From NCBI GenBank assembly GCA_016928555.1, contig JAFGKM010000003.1:1112-65111 (forward strand): DNA of 64,000 nucleotides, given 5' to 3'. Below the pieces are notes generated by a model. It did no database searches, was not told the origin of the DNA, and saw nothing but the letters and a program-made list of their open reading frames with translations. Below are positions 25,808 to 36,152 of this stretch, piece after piece; position 1 is the first letter of the stretch, and each line of letters opens with the position of its first letter. The DNA is from Candidatus Omnitrophota bacterium. Lineage in GTDB: Bacteria; Ratteibacteria; UBA8468; B48-G9; JAFGKM01. A program made the position numbers and the translations under genes.

Positions 25808-27031
25808 CTACACAAGAGTAATCACCGTATCAAGCATATTCCATGTCTCTGAAGGAGATAAAGTCAGATGCACACCGGAGTTGTCCTGGAGAAACAAGAC
25901 AGGTTTGCCGGTTGCGTACAGTTTTGCCTGCGAGAACTTCCTGCCGTCTGCCGGTACGGGGAGGTTTAAAGTCCTTACAGCTGGCGGCCGCAGCACATGG
26001 ACATAGGTCTCTTTCCCATTTTTAGATTGAGTGGCGACATTCAGCATCCAACGGTCTCCGTCGTTAAGACTGTACGTACCTGCCGGGGTGGTAAAGGATT
26101 GGCTGGGTTTTGTGCCTAGTATTGTGGGAAGAACCGGTTTGATATAACTGCCCAGTTTACTGTAGAACTCGCGCACGCCCGGTTCCCATTTCCCTCCCGG
26201 ATACGGACCGGCAGACCATGCAACGCCGCCGCCGATATGACCTTCCACAGATGCCTGCATTACGGTATACTGAAACGCCATCTCCGGTGAGAACCATGCA
26301 TAACCACAGTCAGCCCAGTACTGAAGGGATATGGTCTGGGTCACCCGGCATTTATGCCCCTGTGCATAGGGCCAGCGGACGCTTTCGCTGCTGCCGTAGT
26401 CAGCCCATTTACCAACTCCACAGTCCCCGTTCATTATGATTTCAGGGTTTTTGTCAATCCGGCGGAATTTCTCCATAAGCTTTACCATGTCTTCTTGGGT
26501 CATGGCACCGCCGGGCCGGCCCACCCCGTCAACCCAGTATCCGGCTATCTCGCCTTTATATCGGTTGGCAAGTTCTTCAAATACCGCAGTGATAAACTCA
26601 TTCCACCGTGAGTAGGGCGGTCCCTCGTTCCAACCCACCTTATCCTGGTCCTCTTTACAAAAATCATGGCCGTCGTTCGGATGGACGTAGAGGTAAAGTT
26701 TAATGCCAGTGTCTTTCAGGGCATTGATGAGGTCTCTTATAACATCTCTCCTGGAACAGTGGCCCGGCAGCATCCGTTTCATCGTTTCGCTGGGATAAAG
26801 CACGTTCATATTGGCATGCCAAGCGGTGAACTCCATATATTCGGCACACATGCTCTTGGCTACATCAACCAAGTCTTTCACGTCGAGACCATCAGCCAGT
26901 TCATCCAGACTTGCAATTGCACTGCCGTTTGCCCGTCTTCCGAGAATAACGTTGCTTTTATAACAGGGCTTACCGGCATATACACACGTTACCATCATCC
27001 CAAGTCTCAAGTCCTTGTAACTTTCCGACAT
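25808..27031 (-). CDS. Putative TIM-barrel glycoside hydrolase (GH29/fucosidase-like; uncertain)
   Basis: 407 aa; 'GIKLYLYVHPNDGHDF' and 'GYWVDGVG' loosely resemble GH29-type motifs; no signal peptide evident. Confidence 0.3.
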   Translation of the reverse strand: MSESYKDLRLGMMVTCVYAGKPCYKSNVILGRRANGSAIASLDELADGLDVKDLVDVAKSMCAEYMEFTAWHANMNVLYPSETMKRMLPGHCSRRDVIRDLINALKDTGIKLYLYVHPNDGHDFCKEDQDKVGWNEGPPYSRWNEFITAVFEELANRYKGEIAGYWVDGVGRPGGAMTQEDMVKLMEKFRRIDKNPEIIMNGDCGVGKWADYGSSESVRWPYAQGHKCRVTQTISLQYWADCGYAWFSPEMAFQYTVMQASVEGHIGGGVAWSAGPYPGGKWEPGVREFYSKLGSYIKPVLPTILGTKPSQSFTTPAGTYSLNDGDRWMLNVATQSKNGKETYVHVLRPPAVRTLNLPVPADGRKFSQAKLYATGKPVLFLQDNSGVHLTLSPSETWNMLDTVITLV

Positions 27032-27086
27032 TGCCTCTCTCCTTTGCCCTACGGGCGCAGCCGCCCCGCACAGGCAAGAACGCTGT

Positions 27087-30000
27087 TTAGTTCCCCCTTT
27101 TTGTTACGTAAAAGCTCCCCTCCGTTGTTATTTTAGTTGCCACATCAGTCACCACAATTTTCCACTCTCCTGACGGGTCGTTTAATGCAAGGGTGAAAGA
27201 ACCCTCCCCGATTCCCTCCGGCAGAGAAAGATTCTGGCAGTATTCTTTGTAGGTTCTTCCTTCCGGAGTAAAAACATCCACCCTGACTACCTGCGGGATA
27301 ATGACCCCCGGGGAGGTTATGGTACGTATAGAGTACTTGATTTCCGTTCCCGGAATGTAGTCCTTTTTTATTTTCTCCAGGACAAGGGTCTGCACCTTAC
27401 AAGGCAGGAGAGCATAAAGTTTCGGCACCGCGGATTCAATTGTGGTATCTATGTTCTTTGTGTAGCCCAGGTAATTTTTCTCAAGCACCGAATAGACGTG
27501 GAAAGTTTCAGGTAGCGTGATGGTTACCGGTCTGCCAGCATCTTCATCTTTATCCTGGATATATTCCCGTCCCTGCAGGATACCCAGGTAGGTTGCCTTT
27601 CCGTTCTTAAACTCCACCACCTCGCAGCCGTTAAGTTTGCCCTGGTCCTTGGGAGTAATCCGGAAACGTGGTTCAATGCCCGCATTAGCCAGAACTGCAC
27701 GCACTTCCTTGCGGTATGCTAAACCCGCATTCGTATCCCGTACAGACAAATATTTCCATAGAGGATTGCTTGCAGTAGCTACGGTAATTCCGGAAAGCAT
27801 ATTTATAGCGGCCTCTGTCCCGTGTTCGTTCATGATGCCTGCCGGGCCATCGGCGAAAATGACTCCGCCTTTGGCGACAAACTCCCTCATTGCTTTTGCC
27901 TCGCCTTCCCAGATGGCACGTGAGTAAGGCAATATCAGGAACTTGTAGTTGGATAATTTGCCATCGGCCATCTGCTCTTTTGATACGTAGTCGTACTGTA
28001 ATCCCATGTCCTCCAGTAGGGTACAGAACGCACGGGAAGATTCCTTACGCTCCTTACCTTCTAGGATGGTTTCCACATGATTGTTAACCGGTGAGTAGTG
28101 GATGGCAATGCCGTTGTTTTCTCTCCGGCATTCAAGAAGCATCTTGCCGATGCCGCCCTTGATCTCATGGATGGTACTGGTGATGTTTTCACCCCAGGGG
28201 GTAATCCTCATGTCTGTAGAATACCAGCCCCACCAGTCAGTGTTTCTGGACGCCCAAAAGGTAGTACCGTTCATACCATTGAAGAGGCCGAACCATGGCA
28301 CATAGCGGTCGGTTTTTTGCGCGTGGTAGTAATCTTTGAAGTAGCCGCCGGGAGCGTCTTCAAATGGGTTTGTAAAAGTCCACAAGACGCTGCCTGGAGC
28401 GGCAAATGACCTAAGGAATTCGATTTGCGGATAGAATTGGTTATGGAAGTAACAGCCCCATATCTTACCCTGGGGGATGACCTGTCCGAAATCATAACCG
28501 TTGAAACTATCTTCACCGTTCGCTGTCAACATAGAGTGCATACCTTCTGCTCCAACCCGCGGGTTGGGGTCACCCTTGCCGATGGCATTTGTGGCGAACC
28601 GGAACGTGTCCGCCCACATGGCTTCCATAGCCAGACGCAGGTCTATCCATGGCGCAAATTTGCCATAGTTCCTTGCCTCCTTCAGTGTCATGGGTATCAC
28701 CTGGTCCCATGAGTTGTAATCTTTACCCCACTCGGTGTTAAGCTTCCCGATATCCCCGTATTGGGATTTCAGGTACTGGCGGATAAAGACAAGCCCTGAC
28801 GGCGAGAAGTCAAAATCCTGTCCGAGAACGGAGACGGCGATTTCATCTCCGAGTGAATACGCCACGATTGGAAAATCATGACCCACCGTTCCTTTCATGA
28901 ACAGTTCGTTGTAAAGGCCCTCGCGGAATTTCTCGCCTCTCAATGGACGACCGCGTACAGTATCCGTGAGATTTTTGCTGCCGGCCATTCCATTGCTAAT
29001 CTGACCGCTCGTAAACACCATTGCTGTCAGGTTATGTCTTGCAGCGTTAAGCAACATCTCCCTGAACTGGTCCGGTGGGCTTTCAAACAGGGTAGAATAC
29101 AGATAGGCAGCGTCAATACCCCGATTATACATATCTTCGAGCATGTATGTTTCAATAAAATTGTTGCCTTCTTTGCCTCCCCACGAATAGAAACGGAATT
29201 CATCGGAGGGATTAAACTCTTTCTTCACCACAAATTCGCATCTTCCATGGCTGATTGCTTTCCCGTTTTCATCCGGCAGGTCAACTGCGATATTGTGGAC
29301 GATGGCAATCGTTCCTTTGAGCGAGAAACTGAAAGAAACGCTGTTTTGATTGGAACCGTTTACTTTTTTTTCATCCAGCAGGCGGCCCAGGGAATCCTGC
29401 AGTTGAATACTAATCTTCATGTCCGGCGTTAGAGTTTGGTCTGTAGTAACCATTCCTTCCACCTGTTCTCCGGGACCGTAGGAGAACCTGTCCGTCGTCA
29501 CTGATAGAATATTGACTTCGGAAGTGGTGTCAAATGAAGTGCTGCCCCAGTTGAGCACTTTTCCCTGGGCGTCCCTGAGCCAGAGGTCTACGAAATGTCT
29601 GCCGGATTTAAGCGGGGGTATCTGCCGGGTGAATGAGGTCTCCCCCTGAGTTATCTGCAGCGGACGCGCTTCCTTATATTCAATCATGCCGTCAATATCG
29701 CGGATAGCAATTTCCACAGATGTATTCTTGATATCTACCGGACTTTTCAATATCACAGAAACCTCCCTTTCCATAGCAGAAAACTTGGAAATGGAGAGGT
29801 TGCTTTCTTTCTGGCCGGCCCAGAGCACTAACTTAGCAAGCCACCCATGGTAGTAATCGTAGTAGAGCGGTTTTGACCCCGGGTCGTAAGAGGTCTCAGG
29901 GGTAAAAGGAAGGTTCTTTCCACTGAAATACTTCTGTTCAACCTTAAAGAATTTCAGGTCTTCATTGTAGTAGTTCACGACCGCCACCCGGCCCTTGCCG

Positions 30001-31649
30001 TACGAGTAGCACTTGAGCCAATTGTCGCCCTTTGATTCTCCGCCCAGCGCGGGTAATGCTTCAAAAGACACTTCTGCAAGTACAAACTTCGGTATCGGCA
30101 AAACACTCTGCATTGCCGGAGCCAGCCATTCAATGTTTATAGGTCTAATCACAACCAACCCGGTTCCATCCGCCACCTTCTTAAGCAATGCATCCTTCAA
30201 CACTTCCGCCATCATTGACAGGTCATACTTGCCGACCATGATAACATCCAGCGGCTGTTCTATCTTCTGGAAGAAGGTACTGGCGAAGTAGACCAGCCCG
30301 CGGTCCGGCGGGTTGTAATAAAGCCTATCCATTACATCCTTCGCACCGTAACTCAATCCTTCAATATTCTTCTGCCATGTTAAAAAATCCATATCCAGCC
30401 GCTGTGCCAGTTCTACAACTTCGCGGTGCGGGGGTATGGCAAGGATTTTCAGTCTTCCTCCTGCCCATGGCAAAGCCCAGGAGATGTGGGGGGTGACCAC
30501 ATCACTGGTTAGGTGGAGATAGGGAGTTTCGCCTTTCTTCAGTTCGGTGTTATCCTCTTGACTTCCGGTAAAACTGAACTCCTTGAGACTTAAATCATCC
30601 ACCCAGAATTTGCCGGAAGACTCCCAGATGTAGGCGGTGACCAAAGCCCCTTTGTTACCCTCCTTAGTTTCAAATTCAAACCGATACTCTTTCCACTCAT
30701 CGGAGTACTTTTCTACCGGAAATTGAATGTTCTTTCGCTCACCATCCGCTCCGTATTCTTCCACTTTCACCCCGGCATTCTTAGGCTTGCCCTGTGCCTT
30801 TGCCCAGAAGGTCATTACATAGGTGGTCTTGGGTTTCATTCCCACACGGGTGGACCAACCACCGATACCCTTGTAACCGTCCGGGATGTCTATCAGGATG
30901 GAATGTTTCCCCGAATGTGAGTCGGAAGAAACAACACTGTAGGAGTCTTTGCCGTGCTGTTCTATGGGACTATCATCAACTGACAGGTGGTCTTCTGTAA
31001 AACGCTTCCACCCGACGGGATTGTCTGAGATATCCAATTCCTCGAATCCTCCGTTCTGAATTAAATTCATACCAGAGATATCAGTTCCAGTAGTCATTAA
31101 CCGAACATCTGGAACCCGGAAATACTCCAACTGGATTATTGCATTCTCTTCGGTCAAAGCAGTGTCCGCTATGTAGATTGGCTGGAAACGAAGATTTTTG
31201 ACAGTACCCTTCCAATACTGATTTTCCGACATATCCACTTCGTAGTCATGCCATTCACCATCCTTGAATGGTGCGAAGGAAACCAGCTTTTTGTCGTCCC
31301 AAGTGGGTGCCGAATCGGAGATGAAGAGGATGACCCCACCGGATACCAGTCCTTTTGCCACTTTCATGCGGAAATTAACAACCGGCTGGTTAGCCGTATT
31401 TATCTTTGTCTCCGGCGAAAGAAGTACAGGACAACCTCTGGCTGCCCGAATCGTCCATACGCCGTTGGAAATGCTGGTTTCCGCAACGTTCCAGAATGTC
31501 CACCCATCCGCACCGCCCGGCTCACTAAAGTCCCAATTTACCTCCGCTGTCGTCATGCGACCCGCCACGGAAAGAAAGCATATTAATCCAACCAAATATA
31601 ATTTTTTGAAAAGCATCCTGTCCCCTTTGAATAACTCCTTCAATTTCAA
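27087..31649 (-). CDS. Giant (1520 aa) secreted multidomain glycoside-hydrolase-like protein (GH42-like trimerisation/GATase-like modules plus CBM4/9-like module)
   Basis: N-terminal signal peptide (MLFKKLYLVGLICFLSVAG; alternative start 31616); 'NGGFEE' CBM4/9-like module; two 'LKILAIPP...' / 'YKFLILPYSRAIWEGEAKAMREFVAKGGVIFADG' GH42-M-like modules. Confidence 0.5.
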   Translation of the reverse strand: MKLKELFKGDRMLFKKLYLVGLICFLSVAGRMTTAEVNWDFSEPGGADGWTFWNVAETSISNGVWTIRAARGCPVLLSPETKINTANQPVVNFRMKVAKGLVSGGVILFISDSAPTWDDKKLVSFAPFKDGEWHDYEVDMSENQYWKGTVKNLRFQPIYIADTALTEENAIIQLEYFRVPDVRLMTTGTDISGMNLIQNGGFEELDISDNPVGWKRFTEDHLSVDDSPIEQHGKDSYSVVSSDSHSGKHSILIDIPDGYKGIGGWSTRVGMKPKTTYVMTFWAKAQGKPKNAGVKVEEYGADGERKNIQFPVEKYSDEWKEYRFEFETKEGNKGALVTAYIWESSGKFWVDDLSLKEFSFTGSQEDNTELKKGETPYLHLTSDVVTPHISWALPWAGGRLKILAIPPHREVVELAQRLDMDFLTWQKNIEGLSYGAKDVMDRLYYNPPDRGLVYFASTFFQKIEQPLDVIMVGKYDLSMMAEVLKDALLKKVADGTGLVVIRPINIEWLAPAMQSVLPIPKFVLAEVSFEALPALGGESKGDNWLKCYSYGKGRVAVVNYYNEDLKFFKVEQKYFSGKNLPFTPETSYDPGSKPLYYDYYHGWLAKLVLWAGQKESNLSISKFSAMEREVSVILKSPVDIKNTSVEIAIRDIDGMIEYKEARPLQITQGETSFTRQIPPLKSGRHFVDLWLRDAQGKVLNWGSTSFDTTSEVNILSVTTDRFSYGPGEQVEGMVTTDQTLTPDMKISIQLQDSLGRLLDEKKVNGSNQNSVSFSFSLKGTIAIVHNIAVDLPDENGKAISHGRCEFVVKKEFNPSDEFRFYSWGGKEGNNFIETYMLEDMYNRGIDAAYLYSTLFESPPDQFREMLLNAARHNLTAMVFTSGQISNGMAGSKNLTDTVRGRPLRGEKFREGLYNELFMKGTVGHDFPIVAYSLGDEIAVSVLGQDFDFSPSGLVFIRQYLKSQYGDIGKLNTEWGKDYNSWDQVIPMTLKEARNYGKFAPWIDLRLAMEAMWADTFRFATNAIGKGDPNPRVGAEGMHSMLTANGEDSFNGYDFGQVIPQGKIWGCYFHNQFYPQIEFLRSFAAPGSVLWTFTNPFEDAPGGYFKDYYHAQKTDRYVPWFGLFNGMNGTTFWASRNTDWWGWYSTDMRITPWGENITSTIHEIKGGIGKMLLECRRENNGIAIHYSPVNNHVETILEGKERKESSRAFCTLLEDMGLQYDYVSKEQMADGKLSNYKFLILPYSRAIWEGEAKAMREFVAKGGVIFADGPAGIMNEHGTEAAINMLSGITVATASNPLWKYLSVRDTNAGLAYRKEVRAVLANAGIEPRFRITPKDQGKLNGCEVVEFKNGKATYLGILQGREYIQDKDEDAGRPVTITLPETFHVYSVLEKNYLGYTKNIDTTIESAVPKLYALLPCKVQTLVLEKIKKDYIPGTEIKYSIRTITSPGVIIPQVVRVDVFTPEGRTYKEYCQNLSLPEGIGEGSFTLALNDPSGEWKIVVTDVATKITTEGSFYVTKRGN

Positions 31650-31755
31650 AACACTGCTTTTTCCCCCATTGTCCTGTTAGATTCCAATATTACTAACGTT
31701 ACTTACAACACAATATACTTTCAAAGACCGTTTGAGGGAAATTTCATATCATCTT

Positions 31756-32418
31756 CTATTGTTTGTTGAATCCCCACCAGAATATGTTGGTCTGCAAAGT
31801 TGGAATAGATGACGGATCTCTCCACTCAACGTGGCCATCGCAGAAGAGGCAGTTTGACCCTCCGTTGTGTCTCGTGAGGTCAATTACTCCATATCCTCCG
31901 CTGCTGGACACATAGTTAATACGCTGGCTGGGATAACCGTAAGGATTACTGGCTGGGGGTGGCCAAGTTCGTACAGAGTCTGCAACCAGAACTGTTTTAG
32001 ATGCGCTCCTTATTCTAACAGCTGGCACCCTGCCGGCGTAATACGTTGCTTCAAACGTGTAATTCATACCGTAAGTGTAATCATACCTGGTGGACTTAAC
32101 CGAGGGACATTTCCAGATTACGTTACGGAATCTATCTTTGTCATAAGGCAACGTCCCCCCCGCATAAGGTGCAAGCAGGACCATCCAGCTATCAAATCCA
32201 GTGGGGATGGACTGGGGCCAGTACTGCTCATTGTCCTGGGCATACATCTCAAAAGCAACCCCAATCTGTTTCAGATTATTCATGCACTTTGCAGTCCTTG
32301 CACGCTCTCTTGCCTTGGATAGTGCAGGTAGCAACATAGCGGCAAGAATGGCTATTATCGCTACCACTACCAACAACTCTATAAGCGTGAACCCTTTATT
32401 TCTCATTCTCATTTTCAT
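31756..32418 (-). CDS. Prepilin-type N-terminal cleavage/methylation domain protein with DUF1559 C-terminus
   Basis: Start set to ATG 32418 (MKMRMRNKG|[22 protein letters not shown]) with AGGAGG SD; C-terminal '[17 protein letters not shown]' DUF1559 signature. Confidence 0.8.
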   Translation of the reverse strand: MKMRMRNKGFTLIELLVVVAIIAILAAMLLPALSKARERARTAKCMNNLKQIGVAFEMYAQDNEQYWPQSIPTGFDSWMVLLAPYAGGTLPYDKDRFRNVIWKCPSVKSTRYDYTYGMNYTFEATYYAGRVPAVRIRSASKTVLVADSVRTWPPPASNPYGYPSQRINYVSSSGGYGVIDLTRHNGGSNCLFCDGHVEWRDPSSIPTLQTNIFWWGFNKQ

Positions 32419-32528
32419 CGCCTCCTTTTTCCCTTGTTCTTTTGATTCAGAAGCATTATTTCGCTTCCTTCTATCGCTTACCCTTAATACTTCTGTGTTT
32501 TCATCACCCCCTTTAAGATCCATAAAAT

Positions 32529-33584
32529 TTACTTTTTCCTTAGAGAAGCTGTTGTTTTTCTGATTATAAATTTAGGCTTGACCAGAACATTCTTGTGTTT
32601 TCCTCTTTTATTAATTAGATCCATAAGCAAAAAAACCGACTTTCTCCCAATTTCCAATAGCCGGGTGTCTATTGTAGTCAATCCGGGGTTAGATAAACCA
32701 CTTTCGGGTATGTTATCAAAACCTACGATTGACAATTGCTCCGGAACTTTGATACGGTTGTTCCGGCAATAGTCGAGAATATGCAACGCCCGGCTGTCAT
32801 TGGAGGCAAAAATTGCTGTGGGAGGATCCTTTAACGCCATCAGTTGTTTCATCGCCAACCAGTCTTTTTCCGGATTAATACCATCTGTTTCTTTTACCAG
32901 TTTCATGTCCAATTTGATTTTCTTGTTTCTTAATTCTTTAAGGTAACCTTCAAAACGTGGAATCATCCATGGTGCTGCCAGCTGCCCTGCAAAAAGGCCG
33001 ATTCGTCTGTGCCCCAGAGAAAAAAGGTGTTTCATTGCCATGGAAACGCCCTTTTTATAATCAATGCCAACGCTGCTGGCATTTTCCTTCGGCTCATATG
33101 AATGAACTACTACGTAAGTTCCTTTATTATATGAAATAGGTACATTTACTAACGCTTCCTCAAAAATAATGTTGAAAGAACTTTTTCTGTTGTTTAAAAA
33201 AGAGGGTTTGGTGATAATTGCCAGTTTAGAATGAGTTTCCTGAACCACTTCTTTAATTCCCCCGAAAATTTGAAGTTTAATATAATCTTTTGGAACATCT
33301 GTATCAGTATCAATAAAGAGGTTTATTTGTAAAGTATAAGAGTCTTTGAAAACAAAGGTGCCTTTACACGGATACTTTCTGACCAAATTAGCTTCTTGCA
33401 GTTCAGAAGTGACACGCTTTGCCGTAATCATGCTTACCTGATGTTTCTTGCAGATCTCTTTCAGTGAGTAAAAATGCTCTCCGCCGTTAAAATTACCTGT
33501 TTCCAATTCATTGCTCAGCTCGACAAATATTTCCTTCCACCGCGGACATTTGTTTTGAGTTGCTTTCAGGTTTACATTCTCCAT
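32529..33584 (-). CDS. GntR-type HTH regulator fused to LacI/PBP1-type sugar-binding domain
   Basis: N-terminal wHTH ('[23 protein letters not shown]'), C-terminal periplasmic-binding-fold ('[34 protein letters not shown]'). Confidence 0.7.
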   Translation of the reverse strand: MENVNLKATQNKCPRWKEIFVELSNELETGNFNGGEHFYSLKEICKKHQVSMITAKRVTSELQEANLVRKYPCKGTFVFKDSYTLQINLFIDTDTDVPKDYIKLQIFGGIKEVVQETHSKLAIITKPSFLNNRKSSFNIIFEEALVNVPISYNKGTYVVVHSYEPKENASSVGIDYKKGVSMAMKHLFSLGHRRIGLFAGQLAAPWMIPRFEGYLKELRNKKIKLDMKLVKETDGINPEKDWLAMKQLMALKDPPTAIFASNDSRALHILDYCRNNRIKVPEQLSIVGFDNIPESGLSNPGLTTIDTRLLEIGRKSVFLLMDLINKRGKHKNVLVKPKFIIRKTTASLRKK

Positions 33585-33727
33585 TTCTGCATTATACTAT
33601 AGCATATAAAATTTGTCAAGTTTAAATTTTATAATAAGTTTCTCAATTCTTCATATTTACATGCATGACAATCCATAACAAACTTTCAGGTTTACATTCT
33701 CCATTTTTGCGTTATACTATAGCATAT
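33565..33727. repeat. 44-nt direct repeat (2 mismatches) duplicating the regulator's start/operator region
   Basis: TTTCAGGTTTACATTCTCCATTT(C/T)TGC(A/G)TTATACTATAGCATAT at 33565-33607 and 33684-33727; copy 1 contains the ATG of 32529-33584; each copy has near-palindrome TATACTATAGCATA. Confidence 0.65.
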
Positions 33728-34264
33728 GTTTTTTGCCAAGTATTATTTGCAGTTATATAAAGATAGATGTTTCAATATACCTATAAAATTTTATTCTTGC
33801 AGAAACCTAGGAAAATAAGTGTTTGAATATCGTCTGGATTATCCAATAGCAGTTAATTCTCAAAAAAGGTTATATTTTCTCACAATTTCACGGCTTTCTT
33901 CAGTCGTATTTTATGAAGCACCAAAAATTGGAGTTGAAAATATAGTGGACATGTTCGGCATTTTTTGAACTTTATTTTTATATTATTCGTGAAAGACGGG
34001 TATCAATCACCAGCATGATTTTATTGCTTACGGGATAAAGAATCAAAAAAAATATCAACGGAGATGAAATTCAACTTATCATGTGTCATCAAGCAGGGTA
34101 TAATACCCTACACTATCAGTGCCCATTAGATGGTGTGTTTAAGGCGCCCATTGACGATAGTCTGTATGAATCGTCAAAAACAACCCGACATATATTATAA
34201 CGGTTTTTCCACCATTTACAATACTATTCTAATTTTAAAATTGGTGGGAATTCTGGTATAATAA

Positions 34265-35455
34265 ATGGCTATGCTTTCATATAACTTTTTCCTTTCAAAA
34301 AAATTTGCGGGACAGAAAAGGCGTGCGGACAGCTTTCTCTGGTTCATAAGCATGTTTTCGACCGCCGGCATTGCCATAGGAGTGGTTGCCCTGATGCTGG
34401 TAATAGGCGTCATGAACGGTTTTTCAAAGGAGTTAAAGAGGAAAATAATAGGTGCGTATCCGATTATCACCATTGAAGGGAAACCGTTTATACGGAATTA
34501 CAGGCAGGTTATGGATGATGTATCTGCCGGCGTCGGCGAGGTCAAGGGGATCTCTCCGTACATAACCACGCAGGTGATATATAAGTCTAATAAATACATG
34601 CTCGGCGGCATACTTAAGGCGGTTGATCCTAATTCCGAAGATGAGGTGACCAACATAGCAAAATTTCTCAACGAGGGGGAGTTTAAAGGACTGGATGCAG
34701 GGATAATACTCGGCAGTGAGCTTGCGCAAGAGCTTGAAGTCGGTTTGGGCGACGATATCTCTATAATTACCGGCGCGTTTTCCATGGGCAGGCAGGTTAA
34801 GGTTGCCGGCATAGTTGAATACGGGGTTTATGCTTTTGATTCTTCAATGGGATTTGTATCCCTCAACAGCGGCATATTCGGCCAGGTAAGCATGGTTCAG
34901 GGGATAGGCATAAGGATAGACGACATCTACGCTTCGGAAAGGGTTGCCGCAAAAATAAAAGAGGTGGTTGACGAAAAATACACTGTTTACACATGGGTGC
35001 AGAAAAACAAGATTCTTTTTGCCGCGCTTGCACTGGAAAGGAAAGCCATGGCGGTAATACTCGGGCTGATAGTTCTCGTGGCGTCTTTCAACATATCCTC
35101 GACGCTTATGATAACGGTTTACAGGAAGGTACGGGAGATAGGAATCCTAAGGGCTCTTGGGCTTTCTTCAAGAGAAATAGAAAAGATATTCATTTACCAG
35201 GGATTGATTCTGGGAGCAAAAGGACTCGTGTCCGGACTTGTCGCGGGAGGAATACTCGCATGGCTTTTGAAAAGATACCAGTTTATAAAACTTCCAGAGT
35301 TCGTATATGACCTGTCCCGGCTGCCGATAGAGATTTCTCTGCCGGACATTTTATGGATAACGGTGTCGGTAATTGCCATTGTGACTTTTGCAAGCGTATA
35401 TCCCGCTAAGCGGGCGGCGGGGTTGAATCCTAACAGGGCTATAAGAAATGAGTAA
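34265..35455 (+). CDS. Lipoprotein-releasing system permease LolC/LolE family (FtsX-like)
   Basis: 396 aa; N- and C-terminal TM bundles with large periplasmic loop; followed by LolD ATPase with 8-nt overlap. Confidence 0.8.
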   Translation: MAMLSYNFFLSKKFAGQKRRADSFLWFISMFSTAGIAIGVVALMLVIGVMNGFSKELKRKIIGAYPIITIEGKPFIRNYRQVMDDVSAGVGEVKGISPYITTQVIYKSNKYMLGGILKAVDPNSEDEVTNIAKFLNEGEFKGLDAGIILGSELAQELEVGLGDDISIITGAFSMGRQVKVAGIVEYGVYAFDSSMGFVSLNSGIFGQVSMVQGIGIRIDDIYASERVAAKIKEVVDEKYTVYTWVQKNKILFAALALERKAMAVILGLIVLVASFNISSTLMITVYRKVREIGILRALGLSSREIEKIFIYQGLILGAKGLVSGLVAGGILAWLLKRYQFIKLPEFVYDLSRLPIEISLPDILWITVSVIAIVTFASVYPAKRAAGLNPNRAIRNE

Positions 35456-36152
35456 ATTATTGACGGGCGTTAATCTTACGAAGGAATATCCGGGCGGGGT
35501 TACGGCGCTTAAGAATGTTGATGTGGAAATAGAAAAAGGGGAGATACTGGTGTTGCTGGGCCCTTCCGGTTCGGGTAAAACCACGCTTATAAACCTGCTG
35601 GGGCTTCTTGACAAGCCAACCAAAGGAGGCGTTTATCTTGACGGCAGGGAAATAACCTCCTTAGGCGAGCGGGAAACGTGCGGCATAATGAACAGGACTT
35701 TCGGGTTCATATTCCAGTTTTTTTACCTTATCCCGGAACTTACCGTCGTTGAAAACGTAATGCTGCCTTTGTGGATAAAAGAAAAAAGCCGCCTGAAGCT
35801 CAAGGCTTATTATGAAGAGGCCGAAAGCCTGCTTGCGGAGTTCACCCTTGTAAAAAAGATAAACTCCTATCCCTCGCAGCTTTCCGGCGGCGAATTGCAG
35901 AGGGTTGCCATATGCAGGAGTCTCATATGCGGGCCGTCAGTGATATTCGCGGACGAGCCTACCGGGAGCATAGACAAAAAATCTTCGGAGATTTTTTACG
36001 ATATAGTCGGAACGCTTAATGAAAAGAGGGAAGTTACCTTTATCATAGGCACTCACAACGACAAGTTTTTACAATTTGCCACAAAAGTAGTATATTTAAA
36101 TGAGGGAGAGGTTGAAAAAACGGAACAAATAAGAGTAAAGGAGCTGCAATAA
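35448..36152 (+). CDS. lolD: Lipoprotein-releasing system ATP-binding protein LolD (ABC ATPase)
   Basis: Walker A 'GPSGSGKTT', signature 'LSGGELQRVAI', Walker B 'IFADEPTG'. Confidence 0.8.
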   Translation: MSKLLTGVNLTKEYPGGVTALKNVDVEIEKGEILVLLGPSGSGKTTLINLLGLLDKPTKGGVYLDGREITSLGERETCGIMNRTFGFIFQFFYLIPELTVVENVMLPLWIKEKSRLKLKAYYEEAESLLAEFTLVKKINSYPSQLSGGELQRVAICRSLICGPSVIFADEPTGSIDKKSSEIFYDIVGTLNEKREVTFIIGTHNDKFLQFATKVVYLNEGEVEKTEQIRVKELQ

